A stretch of 64,000 bases of DNA from an uncultured Acidimicrobiaceae bacterium (GTDB lineage Bacteria; Actinomycetota; Acidimicrobiia; Acidimicrobiales; RAAP-2), in NCBI GenBank assembly GCA_963745955.1, contig CAVUZI010000001.1, positions 31,773 to 95,772 on the forward strand, in the 5' to 3' direction. The stretch's first letter is position 1; every line of letters starts with the position of its first letter. A program made the position numbers and the translations under genes. Positions 27,403 to 36,431 of the stretch are shown piece after piece. The notes under the pieces were generated by a model, which was given only the letters and a program-made list of their open reading frames with translations, was not told where the DNA came from and did no database searches.

Positions 27403-29448
27403 GTGACGGCGACGGGGGTGCAAGCGGCCGGCGCCCAGCCCGCCGAGCTGCCGTCCCCGGGGCCACTTCCGGCTCGCACCGACCCTTCGGCGACCGGTGG
27501 GGGCCCACCGGCATCGCACCGCGTGCGAGCGCTCCTGATGGCCGGTGGGGCCTACCTGGTGCTGGCGCTCCTGCTGTGGTGGAACGTATGGACGTCGCAT
27601 CCGACGTCCATAACGACCTGCGGCTGCGGTGACAGCTCGCTGTTCACCTGGTTCATCGAGTGGCCCGCCTACGCCATCGCCCACGGGCTCAGCCCCTTCT
27701 TCACGACCGCGGTCGGCTTCCCCGGGGGCGTCAACCTGCCCGCCAACACCAGCGTGCTGGCCATCGGCGTGGTCTTGGCCCCGGTCACCTGGCTCTTCGG
27801 CCCCGTGGCCTCCATGAACGTGGCCCTCACCCTGGCCCCGGCCCTGTCGGCCACAGCCATGTTCGTCCTGTTGCAACGCTGGGTGTCGTGGGCCCCGGCT
27901 TCCTTCTTCGGCGGCCTCTTCTACGGCTTCTCGCCCTTCGTGCTGGTCAGTCTGGCCGACGCCCACCTGATGTTGGGCATGGCGTTCGTCCCTCCGTTGG
28001 TCGTCGCCTGCCTCGACGAGCTGCTCGTCCGCCGGCGCCGGCGACCGGCGGCGACGGGCGTGCTCCTCGGGCTGCTCATCGTGGTCCAGTTCTTCATCGG
28101 GACCGAAGTCCTGTTGATCATGGCCGTCACGGCCGGCATCGGGATCGTCATGGTGGCCGTCTACGCCGCCCTGTCCCACCCGGCTGTCCTCCGACAGGCC
28201 GCCCGCCATGTCGCCGTCGGCTTCGGCGCTGCCGTCCTCACCGCCGGCGTGCTCCTCGCCTACCCGACATGGTTCGCCCTGGCCGGTCCGGCCCACCTCT
28301 CCGGACTCGTCTGGCCGCCCCACTATGCCGGCTACGAGGGCAACGCGGTGCGGAACTTCCTGGTCCCCACGCCGGCGCTCTCGACCGGCTTCTTCGGGTC
28401 GGCCATGAGCCGGGTGGTGGGGGGGAGCCAGGGGCCGATCCTCTCGTCGCAGTACGTCGGGATCGGAGCCGTGGCCGTCGTCGTCATCGGCACCGTCATC
28501 TGGCGTCGCGACCGGAGGCTGTGGCTGTTCGGAGCCGTCGCCTTGGTGTCGGCGGTGCTCTCACTCGGGGCCAGGCACCGGTCCTTCCTGCCCTGGCAGT
28601 TCTTCGCCCACCTCCCGCTGTTCGAGAACATCACACCGGGCCGGTTCGTGCTCATGACCTACCTCGCCGTCGCTGTCTCGTCGGGTGTCATCATCGACCA
28701 CTGCCGCACCGCGGTGGCCCGGCGCCGACACCCGGCCCGGCACGCCCGGGCCGAGCGGTCACCCGGCGTATGGCGGCGGTTTCGGGCGGCGGTGGTGGCC
28801 ACGATGGTGGCCGCAGTGGTGCTGGTCCCGTCCGCCGTCTACCTCTCGGCCAGCCTTCCCTTCACGACCCAGCCGGTGCTGCTTCCCACCTGGCTCAAGA
28901 CGGTGGCACCCCACCTGCACGGACGACAGGTGCTGCTCATCCTCCCCGCCCCCTTCGCCGTGACCCAGACGGCCATGACCTGGCAGGCCGTCGACCGGAT
29001 GGCCTTCTCGATGGTCGGCCAGGGTGGGCCCGCCGGTGTGCTGGCCCGGGCCGGGACCGAGCGCGCCGGTCAGTCCGCCATCGCCAACGCGACCTTCTTC
29101 TTCAGCCCCACCCAGGCCATCACCGGCCCGGATGCGGTGGCCACGCGGCAGGCCCTGCACGGATGGGGGGTCACCATGGTGGTCGTCCCCGATCAGCCCG
29201 GACTGCCGGCCTACGAGCGGATCCGATCGGTGACCGCGGCGGCGGCGCTGATGACGGCGGCCACAGGGAGACTCCCCGCCCATCGGGCGGACGCCTGGGT
29301 CTGGACCGGAGTCGACCGTGGCCGGCGGTGGGAGCCTCCGTCCACCGACGAGCTGTCGAGGTGCCTGGCCGGTCTGGGCTACGACGGGGCCAGGGCCATC
29401 GAGGCAGCCACCTCGTGCGTTGTGGACGCGGGCACGGGGCCTTCCTGA
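27403..29448 (+). CDS. Large polytopic membrane protein with C-terminal soluble domain (putative GT-C-like glycosyltransferase)
   Basis: Track ORF 27076..29448. Candidate GTG start at 27403; ATG at ~27538 is also possible. About 12 helices (SSLFTWFIEWPAYAIAHGLSPFF...), then a ~200-aa non-hydrophobic domain. Divergent from the PAP2 gene. Confidence 0.55.
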   Translation: MTATGVQAAGAQPAELPSPGPLPARTDPSATGGGPPASHRVRALLMAGGAYLVLALLLWWNVWTSHPTSITTCGCGDSSLFTWFIEWPAYAIAHGLSPFFTTAVGFPGGVNLPANTSVLAIGVVLAPVTWLFGPVASMNVALTLAPALSATAMFVLLQRWVSWAPASFFGGLFYGFSPFVLVSLADAHLMLGMAFVPPLVVACLDELLVRRRRRPAATGVLLGLLIVVQFFIGTEVLLIMAVTAGIGIVMVAVYAALSHPAVLRQAARHVAVGFGAAVLTAGVLLAYPTWFALAGPAHLSGLVWPPHYAGYEGNAVRNFLVPTPALSTGFFGSAMSRVVGGSQGPILSSQYVGIGAVAVVVIGTVIWRRDRRLWLFGAVALVSAVLSLGARHRSFLPWQFFAHLPLFENITPGRFVLMTYLAVAVSSGVIIDHCRTAVARRRHPARHARAERSPGVWRRFRAAVVATMVAAVVLVPSAVYLSASLPFTTQPVLLPTWLKTVAPHLHGRQVLLILPAPFAVTQTAMTWQAVDRMAFSMVGQGGPAGVLARAGTERAGQSAIANATFFFSPTQAITGPDAVATRQALHGWGVTMVVVPDQPGLPAYERIRSVTAAAALMTAATGRLPAHRADAWVWTGVDRGRRWEPPSTDELSRCLAGLGYDGARAIEAATSCVVDAGTGPS

Positions 29449-29505
29449 GCCGCGGGTCGGACCACGACGCGCCGGCGTCGTCTGCTAGACACCTCCGCAT
29501 GCCGG

Positions 29506-30352
29506 ATGGGGACGCACCGAAGCGGGCGCGTGGTGACCGGCGCCACCCGCGGAATCGGCAAGGCCACCGCCGTGGCTCTGGCCCGATCGGGATGGGATGT
29601 GGCCGATGACCGGTCGCACGCTCTGCGAGGGCGATGGGCGCGACGACTCCGACACCGGTGGAGGACGCGCCCTGCCCGGCAGTTTGGAGGCGACGGCGGA
29701 CCTGGTCGGCGCGGCCGGTCGGCGCGCCCTCCCACTGGTGGCCGACCTCCACGACCGCGCCGCGCTGTGCGCCGCGGTGGAGCGGGTCGTCGCCGTCTGG
29801 GGCGGCGTGGACCTGTTGGTGAACAACGCGGTGGACACCGGGCCCGGAAGCATGGTCCCCGTGGTCGAGCTGACCGTGGAGCAGATGGAGGCCAAGTTGG
29901 CAGCCAACGTGGTGGCCAATCTCGTGCTCGTGCAGGCCGTGCTCCCGGGGATGCTCGAGCGCGGCAGGGGCACCATCGTCGACGTGACGTCGCACACGGC
30001 CACCGCCGACCCGCCGGGTCCGGTGGGCCGGGGCGGCTGGGGCTTGGCCTATGCCGCCTCCAAGGCCGCCTTCCACCGGTTCGCCCCGCTACTGGCCGTG
30101 GAGCTCGGGGACCGCGGGATACGGGCCTACAACGTCGACCCGGGCTACGTCGACACCGAGCGCCAGCTCCTGAATGCCGAAGCGCTCGGACTGGTCGGCC
30201 ACTACTCGGGCGCACCGCCGTCCGTACCTGCCGCCTCCATCGCCTGGCTGGTGGAGCACCCCGAAGCGGTGGACAACGGCCAGACGGTCAAGGCCCTCAA
30301 GGTGGCCCTGGCCCACGACCTCCATCCGGACTGGCGCCAACCGGCCGGGTGA
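29506..30352 (+). pseudogene. SDR-family oxidoreductase interrupted by one frameshift near 29605
   Basis: ORF 29506.. encodes the Rossmann N-terminus GRVVTGATRGIGKATAVALARSGWDVA. ORF 29597..30352, in the next frame, carries the rest: NNAV, catalytic YAASKAA (YxxxK), PGYVDT. Deleting g29605 gives ...GWDVAMTGRT.... Confidence 0.7.
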
Positions 30353-30361
30353 GCGCCGGGA

Positions 30362-32332
30362 TCAGGCGCCGGCCGACGCCCGGCGCCGAGGTGCTTCCTC
30401 CGCGCCACCTTCCTCCGCGCCACCGAGAGCCGGCACCGGACCACCCGGCACCAGCCGGCCGGCATCGGTCAACCGGGAGCGGGAGCTGACCACGTGGCAG
30501 TGCTCGATGAGCGCTTCACCGTCGCCGTCGCTCGCCGGGACGAGAGTGCCCCCCATCCGCCAACCGAGGCCCTTGGCCGGCCGGCTCGAGCACACGGTGA
30601 AGACGACCCGCACCACCCGGATCTCGCCGGTCACCGACGGGAGGTCCAGGCGGAGGTCCACGTCGGCGCCCACCTCGAAGGGATGGGGTCCGATCAACCC
30701 GGCGCCGCCGGGCGTCAGGTCGACGACCCGGACGAGCATGCCCCCGACCACACCGGCCACCTCCACCGGAACCCGGTAGTGACGACGGACCTGATGGCGG
30801 CGGGTGACCCTCCACAGGGCGGCGGCCACGACGACCAGCTCCCAGACGGCGAACGAGATCCCGGCCACCACGGCCAGCCCGCCGAGGGCGGGGAGCGCCA
30901 CCAGGCCCGCCAGGGCCAGGACGCGGGCCACGACGGCCGCGGCCAGGATCCCGGCCATGACCAGGACCAGCCGGAGCTGTCGGGCCGCCGACCAGCCGCC
31001 GTCGTCGATGCCGTCCTTCGGGGTCACCTTGAACGAGGTGCGGAACGGGTGCACCAGCACGAAGGCGGCACGGGTGAAGATCTCGGTGGTCAGCAGGTTC
31101 GAATAGGCCCCGTCCCACAGGCTGGCCTGACCCCGGCACAGCAGAGCCGAGGCCACCAGGTTGAGGACCATCCAGGGGAGCCAGAACACGCAGAACTGCC
31201 ACAGGGTGGCGTGCAGGGGAAGCCGGCCGCTGACCAGCATGGCCACCAGCACGGCCAGCATGGCCAGACGCTGGAGGGGGACGAAGTAGGCCAGCAGGGA
31301 GGACAGGTAGCTGACCCGCTGTTTGACGGTCAGTTTCGGGGCGATGAGCGGATTCTCCGCCGTCCGCAGCACCGAAAGGTTCCCGCGGGCCCAGCGGTCC
31401 CGCTGCAGGAGGAAGGTGGCCAGGTCGTGGGGAGCCAGCCCCTGGACCAACGTCTCGTCGTGGTAGCGGGTGTGCCAGCCCTTTCCGTGCAGCCTGATGG
31501 TGGTGTGGAAGTCCTCGGCCACCGTCTCGGTGGCGATCCCGCCGATCCCCTCCAGGGCCTGGCGGCGGATGACGGTGGCGGAACCGCACCAGAAGGCTCC
31601 GTCGTGGCGGTCCTTGCCCGGCATGATCACCTCGAAGAACATGCTCTGATCGTGGCGGCCGGTCTCGAAGTGCTGGAACGAGTCTTGGTTGCCGAAGTCG
31701 TGGGGCGTCTGGACCAGCGCCACCGAGTCGTCCTCGAAGTAGCCGACAGTGGCGTCGAGGATGTCGGGCTGGGGGACGTGGTCGGCGTCGAGGACGAGGA
31801 TCAGCTGCCCGTCGGTGTGGCCCAGGGCGTTGTTGATGTTGCCGGCCTTGGCGTGCTCGTTGGTGGACCGGGTCAGATAGCGCGCCCCGAACCGACCGGC
31901 CAGGCCGGCGACCTCGTCACGGTGGCCGTCGTCGAGGACCCAGGTGGTGTGGGGATAGGTGATCCGATCGCAGCCCACCAGGGTGGCCCCGAGGATGTCC
32001 AGCCCCTCGTCGTAGGTGCAGACGAAGACATCGACGGTGGGCCGTCGTTCGACGGGAGGCCGGCGGGAGACCGGGACCCGCCAAGCCAGAAAGGCGAAGG
32101 AGGCCAGCATGGTCCAGCCGAACAGCTCGCACGCCCACAGGACGACGAACATGACCGGCTGCGCGCCGTGCTCGGTGTCGGCCGCTCGCCACACGAGGTA
32201 TGCCGCGCCCCAGACCAGGGCGAGCACGACCAGCCCCCGGAGCACCAGGGCGTCGTCCTTGTACACCGGCGGCACCTTCTGTGCCGGTTCGCTCGGCGGC
32301 ACCTTCTGTGCCGGTTCCCTCGGATCCTTCAC
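30362..32332 (-). CDS. Processive GT2 beta-glycan synthase (BcsA/cellulose-synthase-like) with C-terminal PilZ domain
   Basis: Track ORF 30362..32332(-), 656 aa. GT2 motifs: VFVCTYDE, HAKAGNIN, LVLDADH (DxD), VAEDFHTT (TED), LQRDRWARG (QxxRW), flanked by TM helices. The C-terminus has the PilZ motifs RRHQVRRHYRV (RxxxR) and DLTPGGAG (DxSxxG-type). Confidence 0.85.
   Translation of the reverse strand: MKDPREPAQKVPPSEPAQKVPPVYKDDALVLRGLVVLALVWGAAYLVWRAADTEHGAQPVMFVVLWACELFGWTMLASFAFLAWRVPVSRRPPVERRPTVDVFVCTYDEGLDILGATLVGCDRITYPHTTWVLDDGHRDEVAGLAGRFGARYLTRSTNEHAKAGNINNALGHTDGQLILVLDADHVPQPDILDATVGYFEDDSVALVQTPHDFGNQDSFQHFETGRHDQSMFFEVIMPGKDRHDGAFWCGSATVIRRQALEGIGGIATETVAEDFHTTIRLHGKGWHTRYHDETLVQGLAPHDLATFLLQRDRWARGNLSVLRTAENPLIAPKLTVKQRVSYLSSLLAYFVPLQRLAMLAVLVAMLVSGRLPLHATLWQFCVFWLPWMVLNLVASALLCRGQASLWDGAYSNLLTTEIFTRAAFVLVHPFRTSFKVTPKDGIDDGGWSAARQLRLVLVMAGILAAAVVARVLALAGLVALPALGGLAVVAGISFAVWELVVVAAALWRVTRRHQVRRHYRVPVEVAGVVGGMLVRVVDLTPGGAGLIGPHPFEVGADVDLRLDLPSVTGEIRVVRVVFTVCSSRPAKGLGWRMGGTLVPASDGDGEALIEHCHVVSSRSRLTDAGRLVPGGPVPALGGAEEGGAEEAPRRRASAGA
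32267..32320 (-). repeat. 27-bp tandem duplication inside the synthase 5' end (one mismatch)
   Basis: cggcggcaccttctgtgccggttcgct (32267-32293) and cggcggcaccttctgtgccggttccct (32294-32320). Together they encode EPAQKVPPS/EPAQKVPPV. Confidence 0.9.
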
Positions 32333-32420
32333 CCGGTGAACATCGACAGCCCGGCGGCCGCCCTTGAGCGCGCCGACCCGCGGCTCGGAGCCGGGACGGA
32401 GGTGGGCTACCCGTTCACTC

Positions 32421-32441
32421 GCCGCCGCCGCCGCCGCCGCC
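32421..32441. repeat. (GCC)7 trinucleotide microsatellite in the spacer between two same-strand genes
   Basis: gccgccgccgccgccgccgcc read directly. It lies between the stop at 32460 and the synthase start at 32332. Confidence 0.8.
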
Positions 32442-32459
32442 GGCGGCCGGGAGCCGGGA

Positions 32460-32798
32460 TCAGTGCAGGACGCTGACGACGTCGATGATGACGAGGGCCA
32501 GCACCATGCTGCCCACCACCGCGTAGAGGGCGGTGAAGGCCCAGCGCTGGCGGTGGTCGGCCAACCAGAACCGGCGGATGCCCAGGTAGTCGAAGGTCAG
32601 GGCCAGGATGCCGATGGGGATGCCGATGGCCGGCCCGACCCCCCGGGCCACGCCGATGGCGGGCAGGATGACCGGGAGGACGATGTAGCTGAGCAGGCAG
32701 CGGAGGGCCGACAAGAAGATGGAGGCACTGAAGATCCGGTGGGTCTCGGACTCGTCGATGGGCGCCCGGTCGGTCGGCACCCGGAGCAGCCGACGCAT
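32460..32798 (-). CDS. Small (112 aa) three-helix membrane protein
   Basis: 3' part of track ORF 32460..33131(-). Start at MRRLLRV (ATG 32798); ATG 32876 is also possible. Helices: IFSASIFLSALRCLLSYIVLPVILPAI, GPAIGIPIGILALTF, AFTALYAVVGSMVLALVII. Sits between the acyltransferase and the synthase on the same strand. Confidence 0.5.
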   Translation of the reverse strand: MRRLLRVPTDRAPIDESETHRIFSASIFLSALRCLLSYIVLPVILPAIGVARGVGPAIGIPIGILALTFDYLGIRRFWLADHRQRWAFTALYAVVGSMVLALVIIDVVSVLH

Positions 32799-32956
32799 GG
32801 CCTCGTCGTACCTCGACCGGCGCGGTGCCGCGCTCGTCCCGCTGGATGCGACGGCTACCTGATCCACGGGCCACATGGTACAGCCGGCGGTCGTCGGGGG
32901 CCCATCGGGGCACGTCGCCGACGGCACCGGCGCGGCCGCCCTTCCCGCCTCGTCCC

Positions 32957-35149
32957 TCAACCGGATCCGGGGGGTGGCTGGTCGTCGGGACAGCTCCCGG
33001 GCGGGCCGAACCGGGCCTCGTCGTTGGTCCACGCACCGTCGATCCAGCCCGGTGCCGGAGGGGGGAGGTGGAACATGGGGGAGAGCTCGGAGGTCACCGC
33101 GGCCCCGAGCACGGCCGCGCCGGCCGGGCACAGGTGCACGTTGTCGGTCTTGCGGGCCCGGATCCAGCCGCCGTCGGTGGTGTGCAGCCAGGTGGAGTAC
33201 CGTCCGTCCACCTCGAGGGACGAGGCCACCGGCAGGTAGGTGATCCGCCCCGGGTACTGCGCGGGCAGGGCGGACACGATGCCGTCGAAGGCCCGGCGGT
33301 TGACCTCGGCCGCCTGCTCGGCCTGCTGGCGTTGGACCGGGTCGATGATGGCGTCGTTGGGGCCGACCTTCGGGAACTGGACGATGGCGATCCCGTCGAC
33401 ACCGTCACCCGGGGCCAGCATCACGTCGATGGCCTCGGTGAGCAGTCTCCGGTAGGCGCCCGGGTGCTCCCTGGCGTCGGCGTTGTCCCACGACCACATC
33501 ATGAGGATCACCTCGGGATGGTCCTCGGCCACGGCCCCGGCCAGGCTGGCCTGGAAGTTCGTGTCGTTGATGAGGCCCCATCCCGGGAATCCGTGGGGGC
33601 TCACCGCCACCACCCCGGTGGCCTGCAATGCCGCCTGGATCCCCACCTCACCGTCGTACATCACGCTGTCGCCGATGGTCATCACCCGCAGCGGATCCGA
33701 AGCCGAGAGGAGACGCCCGGCGGGAAGGTCGATCGGCGGGGGAAGGGGATGGGGAACCGCGGTGGGGGAGACGACGGCGACGACCGACGATCCCTGCGCC
33801 GTGACCGCCGACGGCGCGGCCGTCGGTGTGCTGAGGAGGAGGGCGGAGACGGTCACCGCCGCGGCCAGGGCCATGACGCCGAGGAAGGTCCAGCCCTTCC
33901 ACCGGTGGCGCCGGAACGGTCGCTCGAGGAGGTAGAAGCTCCCGGTGGCCGCGCCCAGGGTGGCGGCCAGCCGGGCCACCAGCAACGCCGACCCGCCGAG
34001 CCCGGTGGTGACGTCGGTCATCAGCACGTAGACGGGCCAGTGCCAGAGGTAGATCCCGTAGGAGATCCCGCCCACCCAGCGCAGCGGACCGACCGACAGC
34101 ATCCGCCCCAGGCCGCCGGCATCGGGCTGGGCCACCCCGGCGATCACCGCCGCGGCGAGCAGCCCGGCCAGCACCAGGCCGCCGCGGAACATCCAGGCCG
34201 AAGGGTTCTGGTTGTCGTCGCCCGCGGTCACCCACAACACGCCGAGGGCAACGGCGGCCACCGGGGCCAGGATGTGGAGCAGGCGCCGGGTCCCGGCGGA
34301 GTGGTCGGGCCTTCCTGTCACCACGAGAGCCAGCGCGGCACCGATGAGCAACTCGAAGGCGCGGGTGTCGGTGCCGTAGTAGACGCGCGACAGGTTGGCC
34401 CCCGGGGCCCGGTCGTAGAGCACGACCATCCACGACGCGGACGCCGCGGCCAGGACCACCGTGCACCAGAAGGCGACCGGCCTCGGCAGCCCGTGTGGTC
34501 TCGTCCTCGAGTGACGGGCGCCCCCTTGGCCCTGCCGCCGGGCGAACCGCAGCCCGACCAGGATGAGCAGGGGCCACACCAGGTAGAACTGCTCCTCGAT
34601 GGCCAACGACCACGTGTGTCGCAGCGTGGAAGGAACCTCGAACTGGGTGAAGTAGGACTGGTGGGTGAAGATGAGGTGCCAGTTGGCGTAGTAGAAGAGC
34701 GTGGCGATGCCGTCCGCCTTGAACGTCGACTCGACGATGTTGGGCCCGCCGAGCCGCGAGTAGATCGACAACACGATCAGGAGCAGCATGACGGCGGGCA
34801 GCAGCCGCCTGGCCCGCCGGAACCAGAAGGACCGGAGGCCGATGGTGCGGCGCCTGTCCCACTCGCCGATCAGCAGCCCGGTGATGAGGAAGCCCGAGAG
34901 CACGAAGAAGAAGTCGACGCCGAGGTAGCCGCCGTCGGCCCAGTGGAAGCCGAAGTGGTAGGCCACCACCGCGGCCACGGCCAGGGCCCGCAGTCCGTCG
35001 AGCGCCGGCATGTAATGGTGGGTGCCCGACACCGGGGGGAGCTCGACCGGGATGGCCTCCGGGTTCTCCTCGGTCGCCAGCACGTCGGCGGTGAGACCGG
35101 GCCCGTCGGGGGACCCAGGGCCCGACGGTGCCACCGACACTCCCTCCAT
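32957..35149 (-). CDS. Acyltransferase-3 (OafA/YrhL-like) membrane O-acyltransferase fused to an SGNH domain
   Basis: Track ORF 32957..35371(-). Start set at MEGVSVAPS (ATG 35149). AT3 signature LDGLRALAVAAVVAYHF...GGYLGVDFFFVLSGFLIT with about 10 helices. The C-terminal domain has SGNH block I, RVMTIGDSVMYDG. Confidence 0.8.
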   Translation of the reverse strand: MEGVSVAPSGPGSPDGPGLTADVLATEENPEAIPVELPPVSGTHHYMPALDGLRALAVAAVVAYHFGFHWADGGYLGVDFFFVLSGFLITGLLIGEWDRRRTIGLRSFWFRRARRLLPAVMLLLIVLSIYSRLGGPNIVESTFKADGIATLFYYANWHLIFTHQSYFTQFEVPSTLRHTWSLAIEEQFYLVWPLLILVGLRFARRQGQGGARHSRTRPHGLPRPVAFWCTVVLAAASASWMVVLYDRAPGANLSRVYYGTDTRAFELLIGAALALVVTGRPDHSAGTRRLLHILAPVAAVALGVLWVTAGDDNQNPSAWMFRGGLVLAGLLAAAVIAGVAQPDAGGLGRMLSVGPLRWVGGISYGIYLWHWPVYVLMTDVTTGLGGSALLVARLAATLGAATGSFYLLERPFRRHRWKGWTFLGVMALAAAVTVSALLLSTPTAAPSAVTAQGSSVVAVVSPTAVPHPLPPPIDLPAGRLLSASDPLRVMTIGDSVMYDGEVGIQAALQATGVVAVSPHGFPGWGLINDTNFQASLAGAVAEDHPEVILMMWSWDNADAREHPGAYRRLLTEAIDVMLAPGDGVDGIAIVQFPKVGPNDAIIDPVQRQQAEQAAEVNRRAFDGIVSALPAQYPGRITYLPVASSLEVDGRYSTWLHTTDGGWIRARKTDNVHLCPAGAAVLGAAVTSELSPMFHLPPPAPGWIDGAWTNDEARFGPPGSCPDDQPPPGSG

Positions 35150-35291
35150 CCGCCCATGCTGGCACGTCGTCACCGTGGCGACGGCCCAGGCGGCCGATTT
35201 GAACGATGTCTCTCCGTTCGGCGTAACCAGTAACGTGCCCGGACATGAGGGAAGCACGGTGAGCGGAGGACCCGCCGAACCGCCGGAGAAC

Positions 35292-36332
35292 ATGTGGTCG
35301 GTCACCGGACCGGACGGGACGGTGGCCACCGGCTGGTTCCTCGTACCCCTCAGGCTGTTCCTCGGGATCACCTTCTTCTACGCCGGCCTCCAGAAGTTGG
35401 CCGATCCGCAGTTCCTCGACACCACCAGCCCCACGTCGATCCACGCCCAGCTGGTCGGTGCCGCCCGCTCCAGCCCCATCCACGCGCTGATCAGCCATCT
35501 GGTGCCCATCTCCTCGGCCGTCGGCCTGGCCATCGCCGTCGGCGAGGTGGCCATCGGGGTGGGGGTGCTGGTGGGCCTGTTGATGCGGGTGGCCGCGGTG
35601 GCGGGCATGGCCCTGTCCTTCGGGCTGTTCCTCACGGTGAGCTTCCACTCGTCCCCCTACTTCACCGGCTCCGACATCGTCTTCTTCTTCGCCTGGACCC
35701 CGCTGGCCCTGGCCGGCGCGGCCGGGGCTCCGGCAGTGGACACCTGGCTGGCCGACCGACGATCGGGTCTGCCGGCTCGGTCCGGCGCCCTACCCCGGCG
35801 GGCGGTCCTGTCGGCCGGTGCGGTCACCGGTTTGGTGGCCGCGTTCGTCGTGGTGACCGGCGGCGTCACCGCCGCCGTCGGGCGGATGGTCGGCGGCACG
35901 TCCAGCTCCGGTGGCGGCGGGTCGAAGCCGCTGTCCGCCACTCCGACCACCGCGGCCCCGGCCACTCCGACCACCGGCGCCACCTCGGGGAGCCCGACCA
36001 CCACCACCGGCGCGGCACCGTCGAGCACCGCCATCGGCCCGTCATCGGGGGTTCCGGTCGGCGGTTCGGCCACGTTCACCGATCCGGCCTCCGGCGATCC
36101 GTCGCTCGTCATCCAGCGGACGGCCGGCGACTTCGTCGCCTTCGACGCCGTCTGCCCCCACGCCGGATGCACGGTGGCCTACCAGCGTTCCGCACAGCTC
36201 ATCGCCTGCCCGTGCCACGGCTCGGAGTTCGACGCCGGCACCGGCGACGTGATCAGAGGACCGGCCACCCGCGGACTCACCACGATCTCCGTGACCAAGG
36301 GTTCCAACGGTGACCTCTACGTCCCCGGGTGA
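35292..36332 (+). CDS. DoxX-type membrane domain fused to a Rieske [2Fe-2S] domain
   Basis: Track ORF 35022..36332. Start at ATG 35292 (GTG 35259 possible). N-terminal DoxX-like helices (LRLFLGITFFYAGLQKLADPQFL...). A Ser/Thr/Pro/Gly linker. C-terminal Rieske ligands CPHAGC and CPCHGS. Confidence 0.75.
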   Translation: MWSVTGPDGTVATGWFLVPLRLFLGITFFYAGLQKLADPQFLDTTSPTSIHAQLVGAARSSPIHALISHLVPISSAVGLAIAVGEVAIGVGVLVGLLMRVAAVAGMALSFGLFLTVSFHSSPYFTGSDIVFFFAWTPLALAGAAGAPAVDTWLADRRSGLPARSGALPRRAVLSAGAVTGLVAAFVVVTGGVTAAVGRMVGGTSSSGGGGSKPLSATPTTAAPATPTTGATSGSPTTTTGAAPSSTAIGPSSGVPVGGSATFTDPASGDPSLVIQRTAGDFVAFDAVCPHAGCTVAYQRSAQLIACPCHGSEFDAGTGDVIRGPATRGLTTISVTKGSNGDLYVPG

Positions 36333-36431
36333 GGTGCGGGCCACCGGAACCATCCACCGGAACCAGGCCACCGCCTCCGACCGTTCGGGTACCATGGGCG
36401 CGTTGTCGTCGGTAGGCGGCAGCGTTCGCCC

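Noticed and set aside
23093-28323. Long minus-strand ORFs 23093..24310, 23352..24521 and 26485..28323 (389-612 aa).
   Set aside because: These are shadow ORFs opposite the FtsX permease and the large membrane protein. Their composition (Arg/Gly/Pro/Asp) and lack of motifs argue against coding.
30494-32476. A 660-aa plus-strand ORF opposite the synthase gene.
   Set aside because: Its translation is Gly/Arg/Asp/Pro-rich with no motifs. The minus strand encodes a complete GT2-PilZ protein. This is a typical high-GC antisense shadow ORF.
32825-35648. An 802-aa plus-strand ORF (32825..35233) and a 666-aa minus-strand ORF (33648..35648) overlapping the acyltransferase gene.
   Set aside because: Both have Arg/Gly/Pro-dominated, motif-free translations. 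Only the frame of 32957..35371(-) gives AT3 and SGNH signatures and TM helices.
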